From assembly GCA_964291295.2 (NCBI GenBank), contig OZ219754.1, forward strand, positions 2,400,001 through 2,464,000: a DNA stretch of 64,000 nt, given 5' to 3'. Numbering within the stretch: position 1 is the first letter of the stretch; each line of letters starts with the position of its first letter. The position numbers and the translations under genes are program-made. Under the pieces are notes generated by a model. That model worked only from the letters and a program-made list of their open reading frames with translations. It had not been told where the DNA came from and made no database searches. This stretch comes from an uncultured Candidatus Binatia bacterium. GTDB lineage: Bacteria > Desulfobacterota > Binatia > UBA9968 > JAJDTQ01. This document shows positions 46,485 to 55,192 of the stretch, piece after piece.

Positions 46485-47765
46485 TCACGCCGTGCCGGGC
46501 GCGGGCGCCAGGCGGGGCGCCCGCGGGGATATTCGCATCACCAGCGCCGCGGCGATGAGTGCCAGGGCGGCGCCCGCGAGGAACGCGTACCGGTATTCAC
46601 CGAAAAGGTCGTGGACCACGCCGGCGCCCCAGCCTGCCAGCGTGGCCCCGAGCTGGTGCGCCAGGAAGATCCAGCCGAAAATGCGCGCCACCGCATGCCG
46701 CCCGAAGGTGTCGGCGGCGATGGCGGTGGTGGCCGGGCCGGTGGCGTACCAGTCGATGCCGTACACCGCGGCGAACAGGATCAGTCCGGGCAGGGTGTGC
46801 ACGAAGGGCAGCAGGAACAGCGAGCAGCCGCGCAGAAAGTAGGCCAGGGCCAGCACCTTGCGCGCGTCCATCCGGTCCACCAGCCAACCGGCGCCCAAGG
46901 TGCCGATGAAGCTGATCCCGCCCATGACTCCCACGACCAGGCCCGCCGTCAACCTGGCGATGTGCAGCTCCTCCACGACGTGGGGTACCAGGTGCAGGCC
47001 GATGAGCCCGTTGGCTGTGAAACCGCAGACGAAGAAGCCGCCGCTCAGCAGCCAGAAGGTGGGGCTGCGGAAGGCGTCGCGAACCGGGGTGGCCGACGCC
47101 GGCGGCGCCGACCGCGCCGCTCCGGAAACCAGGCCGGCGCCCCCGGCCTGGCCCAGAGGTTCCAGGCCCACGTCTTTCGGCTCGTCGCGCATCCACAGCG
47201 AGACGAGCGTCATGAGGCCAAAGGCGATGGCGGCCATGAACAGCATGCTGCCGCGCCAGCCGACGGCGGCGATGACGAGAGTCAGCACGGGCAGGAAGAC
47301 CATCTGGCCGGCGGCGTTGCCGTTGGTGAGGAGACCGATGGTGACCCCGCGATGCTTCACGAACCATCGGCTGGCCACGGCCGCGGCCAGCACGGGCGTG
47401 GCGCTGGTGCCGAAACCCACCACCACGCCCCAGAACAACAGAAGCTGCCACCAGTACTGGACGAGGGCCGTTGCCGCCAGCCCCGCCGTCACCAGCCCGA
47501 GGGAGGCGATGACCAGCCGGCGGACGCCGTAGCGGTCCACCAGCCAACCGGCCAGCGGCGCGCCGATACCGAACAGCAGGAGGTTCAGCCCGCCCGGCAC
47601 GGACGCCATGGCGCGGTTCCAACCGAACTCGGCCTCCAGCGGATTGATCAGCAGCGTGGCGGCGGAACGCGTGCCGGCGGCGGTGAGGTTGACGCAGAAC
47701 GTCAGCGCCACGACGACCCAACCGTAGAAGAAGGGCAGGGAGAGGGGAGGTTGGCGCGGTGTCAC
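46485..47765 (-). CDS. MFS transporter
   Basis: FFYGWVVV, GWLVDRYGVR, RWFVKHRG and AHQLG. Confidence 0.88.
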   Translation of the reverse strand: MTPRQPPLSLPFFYGWVVVALTFCVNLTAAGTRSAATLLINPLEAEFGWNRAMASVPGGLNLLLFGIGAPLAGWLVDRYGVRRLVIASLGLVTAGLAATALVQYWWQLLLFWGVVVGFGTSATPVLAAAVASRWFVKHRGVTIGLLTNGNAAGQMVFLPVLTLVIAAVGWRGSMLFMAAIAFGLMTLVSLWMRDEPKDVGLEPLGQAGGAGLVSGAARSAPPASATPVRDAFRSPTFWLLSGGFFVCGFTANGLIGLHLVPHVVEELHIARLTAGLVVGVMGGISFIGTLGAGWLVDRMDARKVLALAYFLRGCSLFLLPFVHTLPGLILFAAVYGIDWYATGPATTAIAADTFGRHAVARIFGWIFLAHQLGATLAGWGAGVVHDLFGEYRYAFLAGAALALIAAALVMRISPRAPRLAPAPGTA

Positions 47766-47790
47766 GACGGTCTGCCCGGCCCGGTTGCCG

Positions 47791-48882
47791 CTATCCGAGC
47801 TGGTAGAAACGCCGGGCGTTGGCGTGCAGGATCGCGGCCTTGTCGTCGTCCGTGAGCCTGGGGTTGTGCCGCAGCTCCTCGATGGCTTCCTTTGCCGTGG
47901 CGTGGTTCACCTCGTGCGGGAAGTCGGAGGAGAAGAGGAACGGCTTGTTGCCGGTGATGCCGACCGCGAAGGGCAGCGTCAGCTCGTCACCCTCCACGCC
48001 AACGAAGATCCGCCCCGCGTCCACGTGTCCGAGGATGTAGTCGGTGACGGATTCGTTGTCCGCGAGTCGCAGGAAGCGGCGGTTGGGGTCGTACTGGACA
48101 TGGCTGCTCCAGGAGCGCTCGAAGCGTTCCAGGCAGTTGACGAACCAGGCGGCGCCGGCTTCCAGGAAGCCGAAGCGGGCGTTGGGGTAACGGTCCAGCA
48201 CGCCGTTGAAGACAATGCCGGCGAAGTTGACCATCTGGCCGAAGGGGTGTCCCAAGGCGTTCACCGGGGCATACGGACTCATGTCGTCCAGCCCCATGTT
48301 GTCGTGCACGCCGCCATGGATGCCCAGGGCGCAGCCGAGCCGGTCGGCCTCCTGGTAGATGGGCCAGTAGCGCTCGTCGCCCAGGTGGTTCTGAAGCTGC
48401 TTCGCTCCGGTGCCCGGCAGCATGGCACCGGCGAAGCGCAGTTCCTCAACGATGCGCCGCAACTCAGCCACGGCCTCCGCGGGCTCGTGAAGCGGCACCA
48501 GCCCCATGGCCTGGAAGCGCGGGCTCCGGCCCAGGTACGCGTCGTGTATCCAGTCGTTGTAGGCCCGGGCCAGTTCGATGGCCCAGTCCCGGCTCACCAC
48601 CCGGCCGAAGGCCAGTCCGCTGGACGGGTAGAGGACCGTGCTCTCGACGCCCACATCCTCCAGGAAGTCGAGCCAACCCTCGCACCCGACCTTGGCGAAG
48701 GCCCCCTCCGGCACGAAGTGGCGGTTGGCGGCGTGGAGGTGGTCGTTGGGTGCGAAGGGGCTGCGCATGGACCAGTTGCGGACCCGGTAGTCCCCGGGCA
48801 TGCGCTGCCAGATGGCTTCGTGGTCTTCCACCACGTGCCCGTCGCCGTCGACCACCGGTGGCCGATCCTGTGAGGTGTTCAA
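47791..48882 (-). CDS. Amidohydrolase_2 family protein
   Basis: DGDGHV, ARAYNDW, IHGG, FLEAG and FSSDFPH; TTG start overlaps the upstream stop. Confidence 0.88.
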   Translation of the reverse strand: MNTSQDRPPVVDGDGHVVEDHEAIWQRMPGDYRVRNWSMRSPFAPNDHLHAANRHFVPEGAFAKVGCEGWLDFLEDVGVESTVLYPSSGLAFGRVVSRDWAIELARAYNDWIHDAYLGRSPRFQAMGLVPLHEPAEAVAELRRIVEELRFAGAMLPGTGAKQLQNHLGDERYWPIYQEADRLGCALGIHGGVHDNMGLDDMSPYAPVNALGHPFGQMVNFAGIVFNGVLDRYPNARFGFLEAGAAWFVNCLERFERSWSSHVQYDPNRRFLRLADNESVTDYILGHVDAGRIFVGVEGDELTLPFAVGITGNKPFLFSSDFPHEVNHATAKEAIEELRHNPRLTDDDKAAILHANARRFYQLG

Positions 48883-50015
48883 GTCCGTTCTCCCGTTCCG
48901 TGGAACGCCGGCGCCCGCGCGCCCTCGCCCAGCCGGTAGAAGCGTCGGGCATTGCGGAAGAGGATGGCGTCCTTGTCGTCGTCGGTCAGCGCTTCGTTCT
49001 CCCGCAGCTCCTGCAATTCGTGCCTGCAGGTGGCCGCGTCCACCTCGTGGGGATAGTCGGAAGAGAACAGGAACGGCTTGTTGCCCACCACCCGGACCGC
49101 CTCGGCAAGGGACAACTCATCGCCCTCGACGCCCACGAAGATGCGGTCCTCGTCGATGTGGCGGCAGATGTAGTCCGTCAGGTTCATGCCGTCGCGAAGC
49201 TTGAGGAAGCGGCCCCGCGGGTCGTACTGCACATGGCTCGCCCAGGAGCCGGCAAAACGCTCCAGGCAGGTGAGCAGCCAGGCGCAGCCCGCTTCCAGAA
49301 AGCCGATCCGCAGTCCCGGGAACCGGTCCAGGACGCCATTGAAGATGATGCCGGCGAAGCAGATCATCTGCCCCATGGGATGGCCCAGGGCGTTCACCGG
49401 CGCGTAGGGCGTGAGGTCGTCCATGAGCATGCCCTCATGGCCGCCGCCGTGGATGCCGATGGCGCAGCCGAGCCGCTCGGCCTCCCGGTAGATGGGCCAG
49501 TATCGTTCGGAGCCCAGGTGGGGCATGTTGGCGCCGGTGGACGGCAGCATGCCGCCGCACAGGCCCAGCTCCTCCACCATGCGCCGCAATTCCTCCGCCG
49601 CGGCCCCGGGATCCTGCAGCGGGACAAGCCCCACCGCCTGAAAGCGGGGGCTTTTTGCCACGTAGGTCTCGTGGATCCAATTGTTGTAGGCCCGCGCCAG
49701 CTCGATGGCCCAGTCCCGGCTCACGATCTTGCCGAAGGCCAGCCCGGCGCTGGTGTAGAGCACCGTGGCATCGATGCGCACCTCCTCCAGGAACTCCTCC
49801 CAACCCTCCGGTCCCACCACCGCGAAGGCCCCTTCCGGCGTGTAGTGGCGGTTGGCCGAGTGCAGGTGGTCGATGGGCGGAAACGGGCTCTTGCCCCGGG
49901 CCTCGGAGAAGCTCCGGCCCACGTATTCCCTCGGCATGTGGCTGAGGATGGCCGCGATGTCTTCGACCACGTGTCCGTCGCCGTCGATGATCCGTTGAGG
50001 ATTCGCTGAAGTCAC
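48879..50015 (-). CDS. Amidohydrolase_2 family protein (paralog of the adjacent gene)
   Basis: DGDGHV, ARAYNNW, IHGG, FLEAG and FSSDYPH. Confidence 0.88.
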   Translation of the reverse strand: MTSANPQRIIDGDGHVVEDIAAILSHMPREYVGRSFSEARGKSPFPPIDHLHSANRHYTPEGAFAVVGPEGWEEFLEEVRIDATVLYTSAGLAFGKIVSRDWAIELARAYNNWIHETYVAKSPRFQAVGLVPLQDPGAAAEELRRMVEELGLCGGMLPSTGANMPHLGSERYWPIYREAERLGCAIGIHGGGHEGMLMDDLTPYAPVNALGHPMGQMICFAGIIFNGVLDRFPGLRIGFLEAGCAWLLTCLERFAGSWASHVQYDPRGRFLKLRDGMNLTDYICRHIDEDRIFVGVEGDELSLAEAVRVVGNKPFLFSSDYPHEVDAATCRHELQELRENEALTDDDKDAILFRNARRFYRLGEGARAPAFHGTGERT

Positions 50016-50073
50016 GTCCTGTCCTCCCCTGAATATGGAATGGAGCGGTGGCGGGCACCGTTCTTCGTTCTTG

Positions 50074-50149
50074 GATCTTCGGGATTGCCTTCGTTTTCCG
50101 GGATTGTTCTGGTTCTCCGGGACTGTCCTGGTTTTCCGGGACTATCCGA
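50074..50149. repeat. Four degenerate tandem 19-bp repeats upstream of the amidohydrolase operon
   Basis: GATCTTCGGGATTGCCTTC / GTTTTCCGGGATTGTTCTG / GTTCTCCGGGACTGTCCTG / GTTTTCCGGGACTATCCGA. Confidence 0.75.
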
Positions 50150-50237
50150 TCACCGTCACCATGTCAATCCGGTTCGTGCCGGGGTCGGTGCCGGTGTCTG
50201 CCGCCGGCCCGGAGTCCGGAAGGGGCGGGGTGGTCCG

Positions 50238-51689
50238 TCAGGTCCGCCCGAGGGTCAGTGAGAAATCCGGCTTGCGGATGTGGATGCGGCCGGCCTTGTC
50301 CTGGCGGGCGAGTTCGCCCACCAGCCGCACCAGCGGGTTGCCGGCGTTCAGGCAGTCCCTGGGCCTGTCGCCGTCCGGCAGCGCCTTCACCGCCTCCTCG
50401 CCGGCGAAGACCCGAAGCAGAAACTCCTCGTCGGACACGTGGGTGGCGCCGAGTTGCCGGCGCACCTCCTGGATGGACGGCGAGGGCAATTCCCAGCGCT
50501 CCCATTCCCGGGCCCGGGGACGCCCGAGGATACGGTCCTTGACCTCCGGGTCCATGTACCGGGCCCCTTCACGGCCCCAGTAGCCCAGCGCATACTGGAT
50601 GGCCTGGTCGGTGACCTCCTTGTAGCGCTCGCCGACGATGACGTTGATGGCCGCCTGGGTGCCCACGAACTGGGACAGCGGCGTCACCATGATGGGGTAA
50701 CCCCACTCCTCGCGCACCCGAACGCACTCCTCCAGGATCGCGTCGAGCCTGTCGCTCATGTCGATGAGCGCGAGCTGGTGGCGGAAGTTGGAGATCATGC
50801 CCCCCGGCACCTGATGCGTGTACTGTGATTCGTCGTACTCCATCACCCGGCCCACCGGCAGCTTGTCCCGCCGGGCGACGGCGTGGAGCTTCTCCGTCAC
50901 CGGCCGCAGCGCCTCTTCGTCGATGAGCGGATTGTGTCCCATGGCCCGGAGGTTCCGCGCCACGTTGAAGATCGACGGTTGTGCCGAGCCGTTGGCCAGC
51001 GGCGGGATGCCGGTGTGCAGCGTGGTCAGCCCCATTTCCACCGCCTCGAGGTAGCAGAGCGGCGCCAGCCCGTTGTTGCAATGGGCGTGGAACTCCACCG
51101 GCGTGCCGCCGATGTTCTCCAGCACGATGGGGATCAGCGTCCGGGCCCGTTCCAGGGTCAACAGACCGCCCACGTCCTTGAAGCAGATCCGCACCGGGTC
51201 GATGGCGGCGGCCTCCCGCGCTTTCCGCGCGTAGTAGGCGTCGGTATGCCGCGGCGACACCGAGTAGATGAGATTCACCACCGTGTCCATGCCGAGCTTC
51301 TCGAGCGCGCTCTTCTCCCGGGCGAACTCGTCGTAGTCGTTCCACGAATTGGAGGTGCGGGTGAGGGTGATGCCGTAGTCCATGATCCGTTGGATCATGA
51401 GCTCGAACACGCAGACCGGGATCTTCTCGATGAGCTTGAGGCCGCCGTGGAGCCGCAGCGGCGTCTTCCGGAAACGCCGTGTGCCCAGCCGGAACCAGTC
51501 CCAGGCGTTCTCCTTCTGCTCCCGTACCAGCTTCTTGAACATCACCGTGACGAAGAACTCGGCCGACTCGAAACCGGCCTCGTCGATGTGCTCCGCCACC
51601 GCCAGCATGGCGTCCGTGCGCATGTTCAGCGCCCACAGGCTCTGGTTGCCGTCGCGCACGGTGGTGTCGATGAAACGAACGTCGCTCAT
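50238..51689 (-). CDS. Pyruvate carboxylase subunit B / oxaloacetate decarboxylase alpha-like carboxyltransferase (no biotinyl domain)
   Basis: DTTVRDGNQSL, CFKDVGG, HAH, HQVPGGMISN and GYPIMVTPLSQFVG. Confidence 0.85.
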   Translation of the reverse strand: MSDVRFIDTTVRDGNQSLWALNMRTDAMLAVAEHIDEAGFESAEFFVTVMFKKLVREQKENAWDWFRLGTRRFRKTPLRLHGGLKLIEKIPVCVFELMIQRIMDYGITLTRTSNSWNDYDEFAREKSALEKLGMDTVVNLIYSVSPRHTDAYYARKAREAAAIDPVRICFKDVGGLLTLERARTLIPIVLENIGGTPVEFHAHCNNGLAPLCYLEAVEMGLTTLHTGIPPLANGSAQPSIFNVARNLRAMGHNPLIDEEALRPVTEKLHAVARRDKLPVGRVMEYDESQYTHQVPGGMISNFRHQLALIDMSDRLDAILEECVRVREEWGYPIMVTPLSQFVGTQAAINVIVGERYKEVTDQAIQYALGYWGREGARYMDPEVKDRILGRPRAREWERWELPSPSIQEVRRQLGATHVSDEEFLLRVFAGEEAVKALPDGDRPRDCLNAGNPLVRLVGELARQDKAGRIHIRKPDFSLTLGRT

Positions 51690-52383
51690 GGTGCGGCTCC
51701 CGGTGGAGTGTGGCCGCCGGCAGAAACGCCGGCAGGGTCCACCCCGAAGCATGCCCCGGGGGCAGGGGGGTGTCAACGGCCGCCGCCGATGGACGGGATC
51801 CTCGGAGCCCCCGCTGGAATCGGTGCGGGGGGTGTGACGGTAAAACTCCGAACGGAGTCGAGATCGGGCGAGATTGCCCTGCACACCACCATCGCCTGAA
51901 ACGCCGACGTCACAAGGGATGGGAGCCGTCGCGGCGATTGAGCGAGACGACCGGTCCGCGATCTTCGAGCGCGTTCCGCGTTGTCGTTCGATCACAAAAG
52001 GAACAGAACGCGGCGCGGAGTGCAAACGGCGGGGGGCAGTCTTCACACATGGCGCACCTGAGCCGGCGGTGTTACCTCGGCGGCACGGGCGCCGCCGCAC
52101 ATGTTCGGCGGAGCCGGAGGACGCCGCGCGCATGTTACCGCGATACAAGCGTGCTCGACGAAGGCGGGGCTGTTCAGGGTGATCGCATGCTGCTCACACA
52201 TTACCGCAGACGCAGACGGGGATGGCGCACCCGTTACCGCGGCGTCAGCCGCGCGGGTGCGGTGACGGTTGCGATAGCCGTTGCGATCAGAGGCGCCGAC
52301 GGCGGCGCCTGCACGACTGCGGGCAGCGGTGCGAAGCACCGTGCCGCGCTGGTCCGGCAGCAGCGCCGGCAGTGGGCGGGTCA

Positions 52384-52440
52384 GCAGTGCCGGCGGCACT
52401 GCATCACGGGCTGCGCCGGATCGGCGCAGCCCGTGATGCA
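52384..52440. repeat. Two adjacent perfect inverted repeats (9-bp arms and 19-bp arms)
   Basis: GCAGTGCCG-G-CGGCACTGC (52384-52402) and TGCATCACGGGCTGCGCCG-GAT-CGGCGCAGCCCGTGATGCA (52400-52440). Confidence 0.85.
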
Positions 52441-52636
52441 CCCATGCGAAGCATGGCGCAGCGGCGCGTGACGCGGACGCTGAACGCAATGGCGAGCGGC
52501 GAGCGACAGAGAGCCGGAGCACGGGCGCGGCGCGTAGCGCCCGCGCGAGGCGTCGGCGGCGCGACGGGTATACGCCTATGGAGACGGACCGCGACGCCGC
52601 CGGAGCGGAGACGACGCGGTCCGTGGGTGCGGCGGG

Positions 52637-53563
52637 TCAGGCGGCGCAGCGGAGCACCGGGATGCCGAGGCTGCGGGCCTTTTCGATGAGGTTCTCGGTG
52701 ATGCCGGAGCCGGGGAAGGCGATGACGCCCTTGGGCAGGAGGTTGAGCAGTTCGTCGTTGCGGCGGAAGGGTGCGGCGCGTCCGTGGCGGTCCCAGTCGG
52801 GCTTGCAGACGACCTGGTGGACGCCGTTCCGCTCTGCCCAGCTGGCGGCGATCTTCTCGACGCCGGGGCCGCCGCCATGCACGAGGACGAGGTCGGCATA
52901 CTTGGCGCGGACCTTGTCGAGGCGCTCGATGACGGCCGCCGGGTTGGCGATGTCCTTGCCGCCGGTGATGGCGACGAGGGTTCCCTGCGGCAGGTGGGCC
53001 TGTGTCTTGCGGTCCTTGCGGGCGCGGTTGAAGTCGCGGGCGTCGATGGCGGCGCTGGTGAGCTTGCCGGTCTGCGACGCATGCGATCCGCGCCGGGGCC
53101 GCCAAGTGTCGTCGGTCTCGACGCGGTAGGCTTTGGCGGCCTCGTTGCGCAAGGTCTCGAAGGCGTCGCGTCGGTCGGAGAGGTTCCGGGCGCGGTCGGT
53201 CGTGAGTTCCAGTTCCAGGGACCTGATCTCGGAGCCGTCTTGTTCGCGCTGGAGGTCGCGGAGTTCGGGGGTGAGCCTGTCGGCGGCGCGGTCGAGGCGC
53301 TGTGTCTGAGCGTGGAGCATGTTGACGAAGCCCCAGAGGAGGTGTTCGCGATCGTCGGCCATCTGGGTGCCGTCGGGCGCGACGCCCTGGCTGAGGATGC
53401 GGAAGGCTTCGGTGACGGCGCAGACGGCATCGTCCTCGTCCCAGATCTCGCGGGTGTCGAACTCGTCGCGCTTGGGGGTTGCGCCGAAGAGTGCGGCGTT
53501 GTCGCAGACCATCGCGGTTGCGGACTGTGCTGCGGTCTCGATGGTGTCGGTATGGAAGGTCAT
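52637..53563 (-). CDS. DUF2493 (YspA-related SLOG family) domain protein
   Basis: LLWGFVN..H, WRPRRGS, VAITGG, LVHGG..GVEKIAASWA, AAPFRRND and FPGSGIT; GAAAGGA RBS. Confidence 0.8.
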   Translation of the reverse strand: MTFHTDTIETAAQSATAMVCDNAALFGATPKRDEFDTREIWDEDDAVCAVTEAFRILSQGVAPDGTQMADDREHLLWGFVNMLHAQTQRLDRAADRLTPELRDLQREQDGSEIRSLELELTTDRARNLSDRRDAFETLRNEAAKAYRVETDDTWRPRRGSHASQTGKLTSAAIDARDFNRARKDRKTQAHLPQGTLVAITGGKDIANPAAVIERLDKVRAKYADLVLVHGGGPGVEKIAASWAERNGVHQVVCKPDWDRHGRAAPFRRNDELLNLLPKGVIAFPGSGITENLIEKARSLGIPVLRCAA

Positions 53564-53952
53564 GTCGGTTTCCTTTCGGTTTTCATGTTCGAGGCCGATC
53601 CCCGCTGTGATGTCCTGTTGGGACAAGCGCGCGGACCGCAGCCACCGGGGCCGGAATGAATGGCCTGGCGGGATGCGCGAGTGGTGCGGGCGCACAAGCG
53701 AGCGTCAGCGAGCGCGGAGCCACGGTCGCGCATGGCGCCAGGCTTAGGCGCTTGCGCCGTTTCATTCCGAGTCCCGGCCGGAACGGAGCGCCAGCGGAGT
53801 GGAGGACCCCTTAGGGGTTGGCGGAGGGAGCACGTGTGGCACAATGGGACAGCACAGCACTCGGCCAATTCTCTCCACCTGTACGGCCCCATCGGCGGTC
53901 GGGCCGGCACGGCGTTCGGGAGGTATCTCCGCTCTTGCCGCCCGCCTTTGCG

Positions 53953-54180
53953 TCAGTTCCACAGGGGATGGGAGTCGCCCCGCTGCCGGGCGATCTCTCG
54001 GATGCGGGCGTGGTCGTGGAGGTAGACGGGTCCGCGCGGGTCTTCGTCGAGATGTATGGCGAACACCCTGCGTCCCGGCCGGATGCTGTCGTCGAAGGCG
54101 TGGACGTTTCCGACATGGTCGCCGTCCCGGTAGATGCGGGATTCGTCGGGGGCGATGCGGCGGAAGGTGATGTTGCTCAT
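53953..54180 (-). CDS. Hypothetical protein (75 aa)
   Basis: ATG after a GGAGA RBS, GC-rich third positions; MSNITFRRIAPDESRIY...HLDEDPRGP. Confidence 0.55.
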   Translation of the reverse strand: MSNITFRRIAPDESRIYRDGDHVGNVHAFDDSIRPGRRVFAIHLDEDPRGPVYLHDHARIREIARQRGDSHPLWN

Positions 54181-54305
54181 CGGGTTCTCCGGGTCGCGTG
54201 ATGGTCGCGCGAGCGGACTCCCTCTCCTCCTCGCGCGGTTCACCCGCTTTCCAGCCTCGCTCCCACTCCCGCATGCGCCGCGGCGAGACTCGAACCTGCC
54301 TGCAT

Positions 54306-54341
54306 AAGAAAAGGGCCGACGCGCGAGGCGCCGGCCCCTTT
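54306..54341 (-). terminator. Rho-independent terminator downstream of ssb
   Basis: Minus strand GGGGCCGGCGC-loop-GCGTCGGCCC followed by TTTTCTT. Confidence 0.65.
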
Positions 54342-54358
54342 CGGAGCGAAATGCGGTA

Positions 54359-54811
54359 TCAGAATGGGATCTGATCCATGTCCGGGTCGGCGTCGTTGCC
54401 CGGCGCGGGCAAACCGTTCACCGGCACCTGGACTTCCGCTGCCGCGCTGTTGCCGTTCGCCTTGTCGAGGAACTGGATGCGCGAACCGGGCGCCGGCAGG
54501 ATCTCGGTGGAGAAACGGTCGGAGTCCTCGCCGTCCTTGTGCCAGCGCCGGGTCTGCATCGTGCCCGCGAGGTAGACCAGCCGGCCCTTCCTGGCGTGCT
54601 TGACCAGCATGTCGATGAGGCCGTCCTGGAAGGTCACCGCCCGGTGCCACTCGGTCCTGTCGATGCGCTCGCCGCTGCCGTTCCGGTCGATATAGCTCTC
54701 GTCGGTCGCGATGCTCGGATTGGCGACGCGCCCGCCCGATGCGAGGTGGTTCAGGGTGACGTCGGCGCCGAGGCGGCCGATGACTTCCGCGCGGTTGAGT
54801 CCGAAGCTTAT
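54359..54811 (-). CDS. ssb: Single-stranded DNA-binding protein with ATA in place of the start codon (possible pseudogene)
   Basis: Continuous frame (I)SFGLNRAEVIGRLGAD..SIATDES..TEWHR..KGRLVYLAG..QTRRW ending in the acidic tail DMDQIPF; AAGGAG RBS before ATA at 54811. Confidence 0.8.
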   Translation of the reverse strand: MSFGLNRAEVIGRLGADVTLNHLASGGRVANPSIATDESYIDRNGSGERIDRTEWHRAVTFQDGLIDMLVKHARKGRLVYLAGTMQTRRWHKDGEDSDRFSTEILPAPGSRIQFLDKANGNSAAAEVQVPVNGLPAPGNDADPDMDQIPF

Positions 54812-54892
54812 GGGATTCTCCTTCAGGTTCGCGTTGATGACGATGGGATGCGAACGACGGGGATCGGGACACCTCCCCGGCTCCCTTGCCGT

Positions 54893-55069
54893 TCACCCTT
54901 CCCCTGCTTCCCTCCAACTCCCGTCCGCCGGGACCTCGCGGTCCGGGCAACGGCGGGCGTAGTCGTCGATCAGCGTCTCGCGGACCGGTTGGAAGTCCAC
55001 GCCGGTCTCGGCGAGCAGGGCGCCGGCGGACGGGGTGATGGGCTCGAAGTCGGTGCAAGGGTCGAACAT
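54893..55069 (-). CDS. Small hypothetical protein (58 aa)
   Basis: ATG after an AGGAG RBS; MFDPCTDFEPITP... Confidence 0.4.
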   Translation of the reverse strand: MFDPCTDFEPITPSAGALLAETGVDFQPVRETLIDDYARRCPDREVPADGSWREAGEG

Positions 55070-55192
55070 GTCGGGTCTCCTCTCGGGTTCGGTCCCGGCA
55101 AGCGAGAGACCCACTCTCTCCGGCCCTGCCGGGCGCTTGCCCGGCATGCGCTGTCCTCTTCCCCGCAACCGCCCCCGCCGGACGGGGGCCGC

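Noticed and set aside
50074-50149. Possible CRISPR array
   Set aside because: Repeats are head-to-tail with no spacers, degenerate, only 19 bp long, and no cas genes are present.
51690-52636. tRNA/att site or integrase at the left border of the mobile-like region
   Set aside because: No tRNA-like sequence, integrase motif or flanking direct repeat could be recognised by eye, and the ORFs here are Arg/Ala-rich noise.
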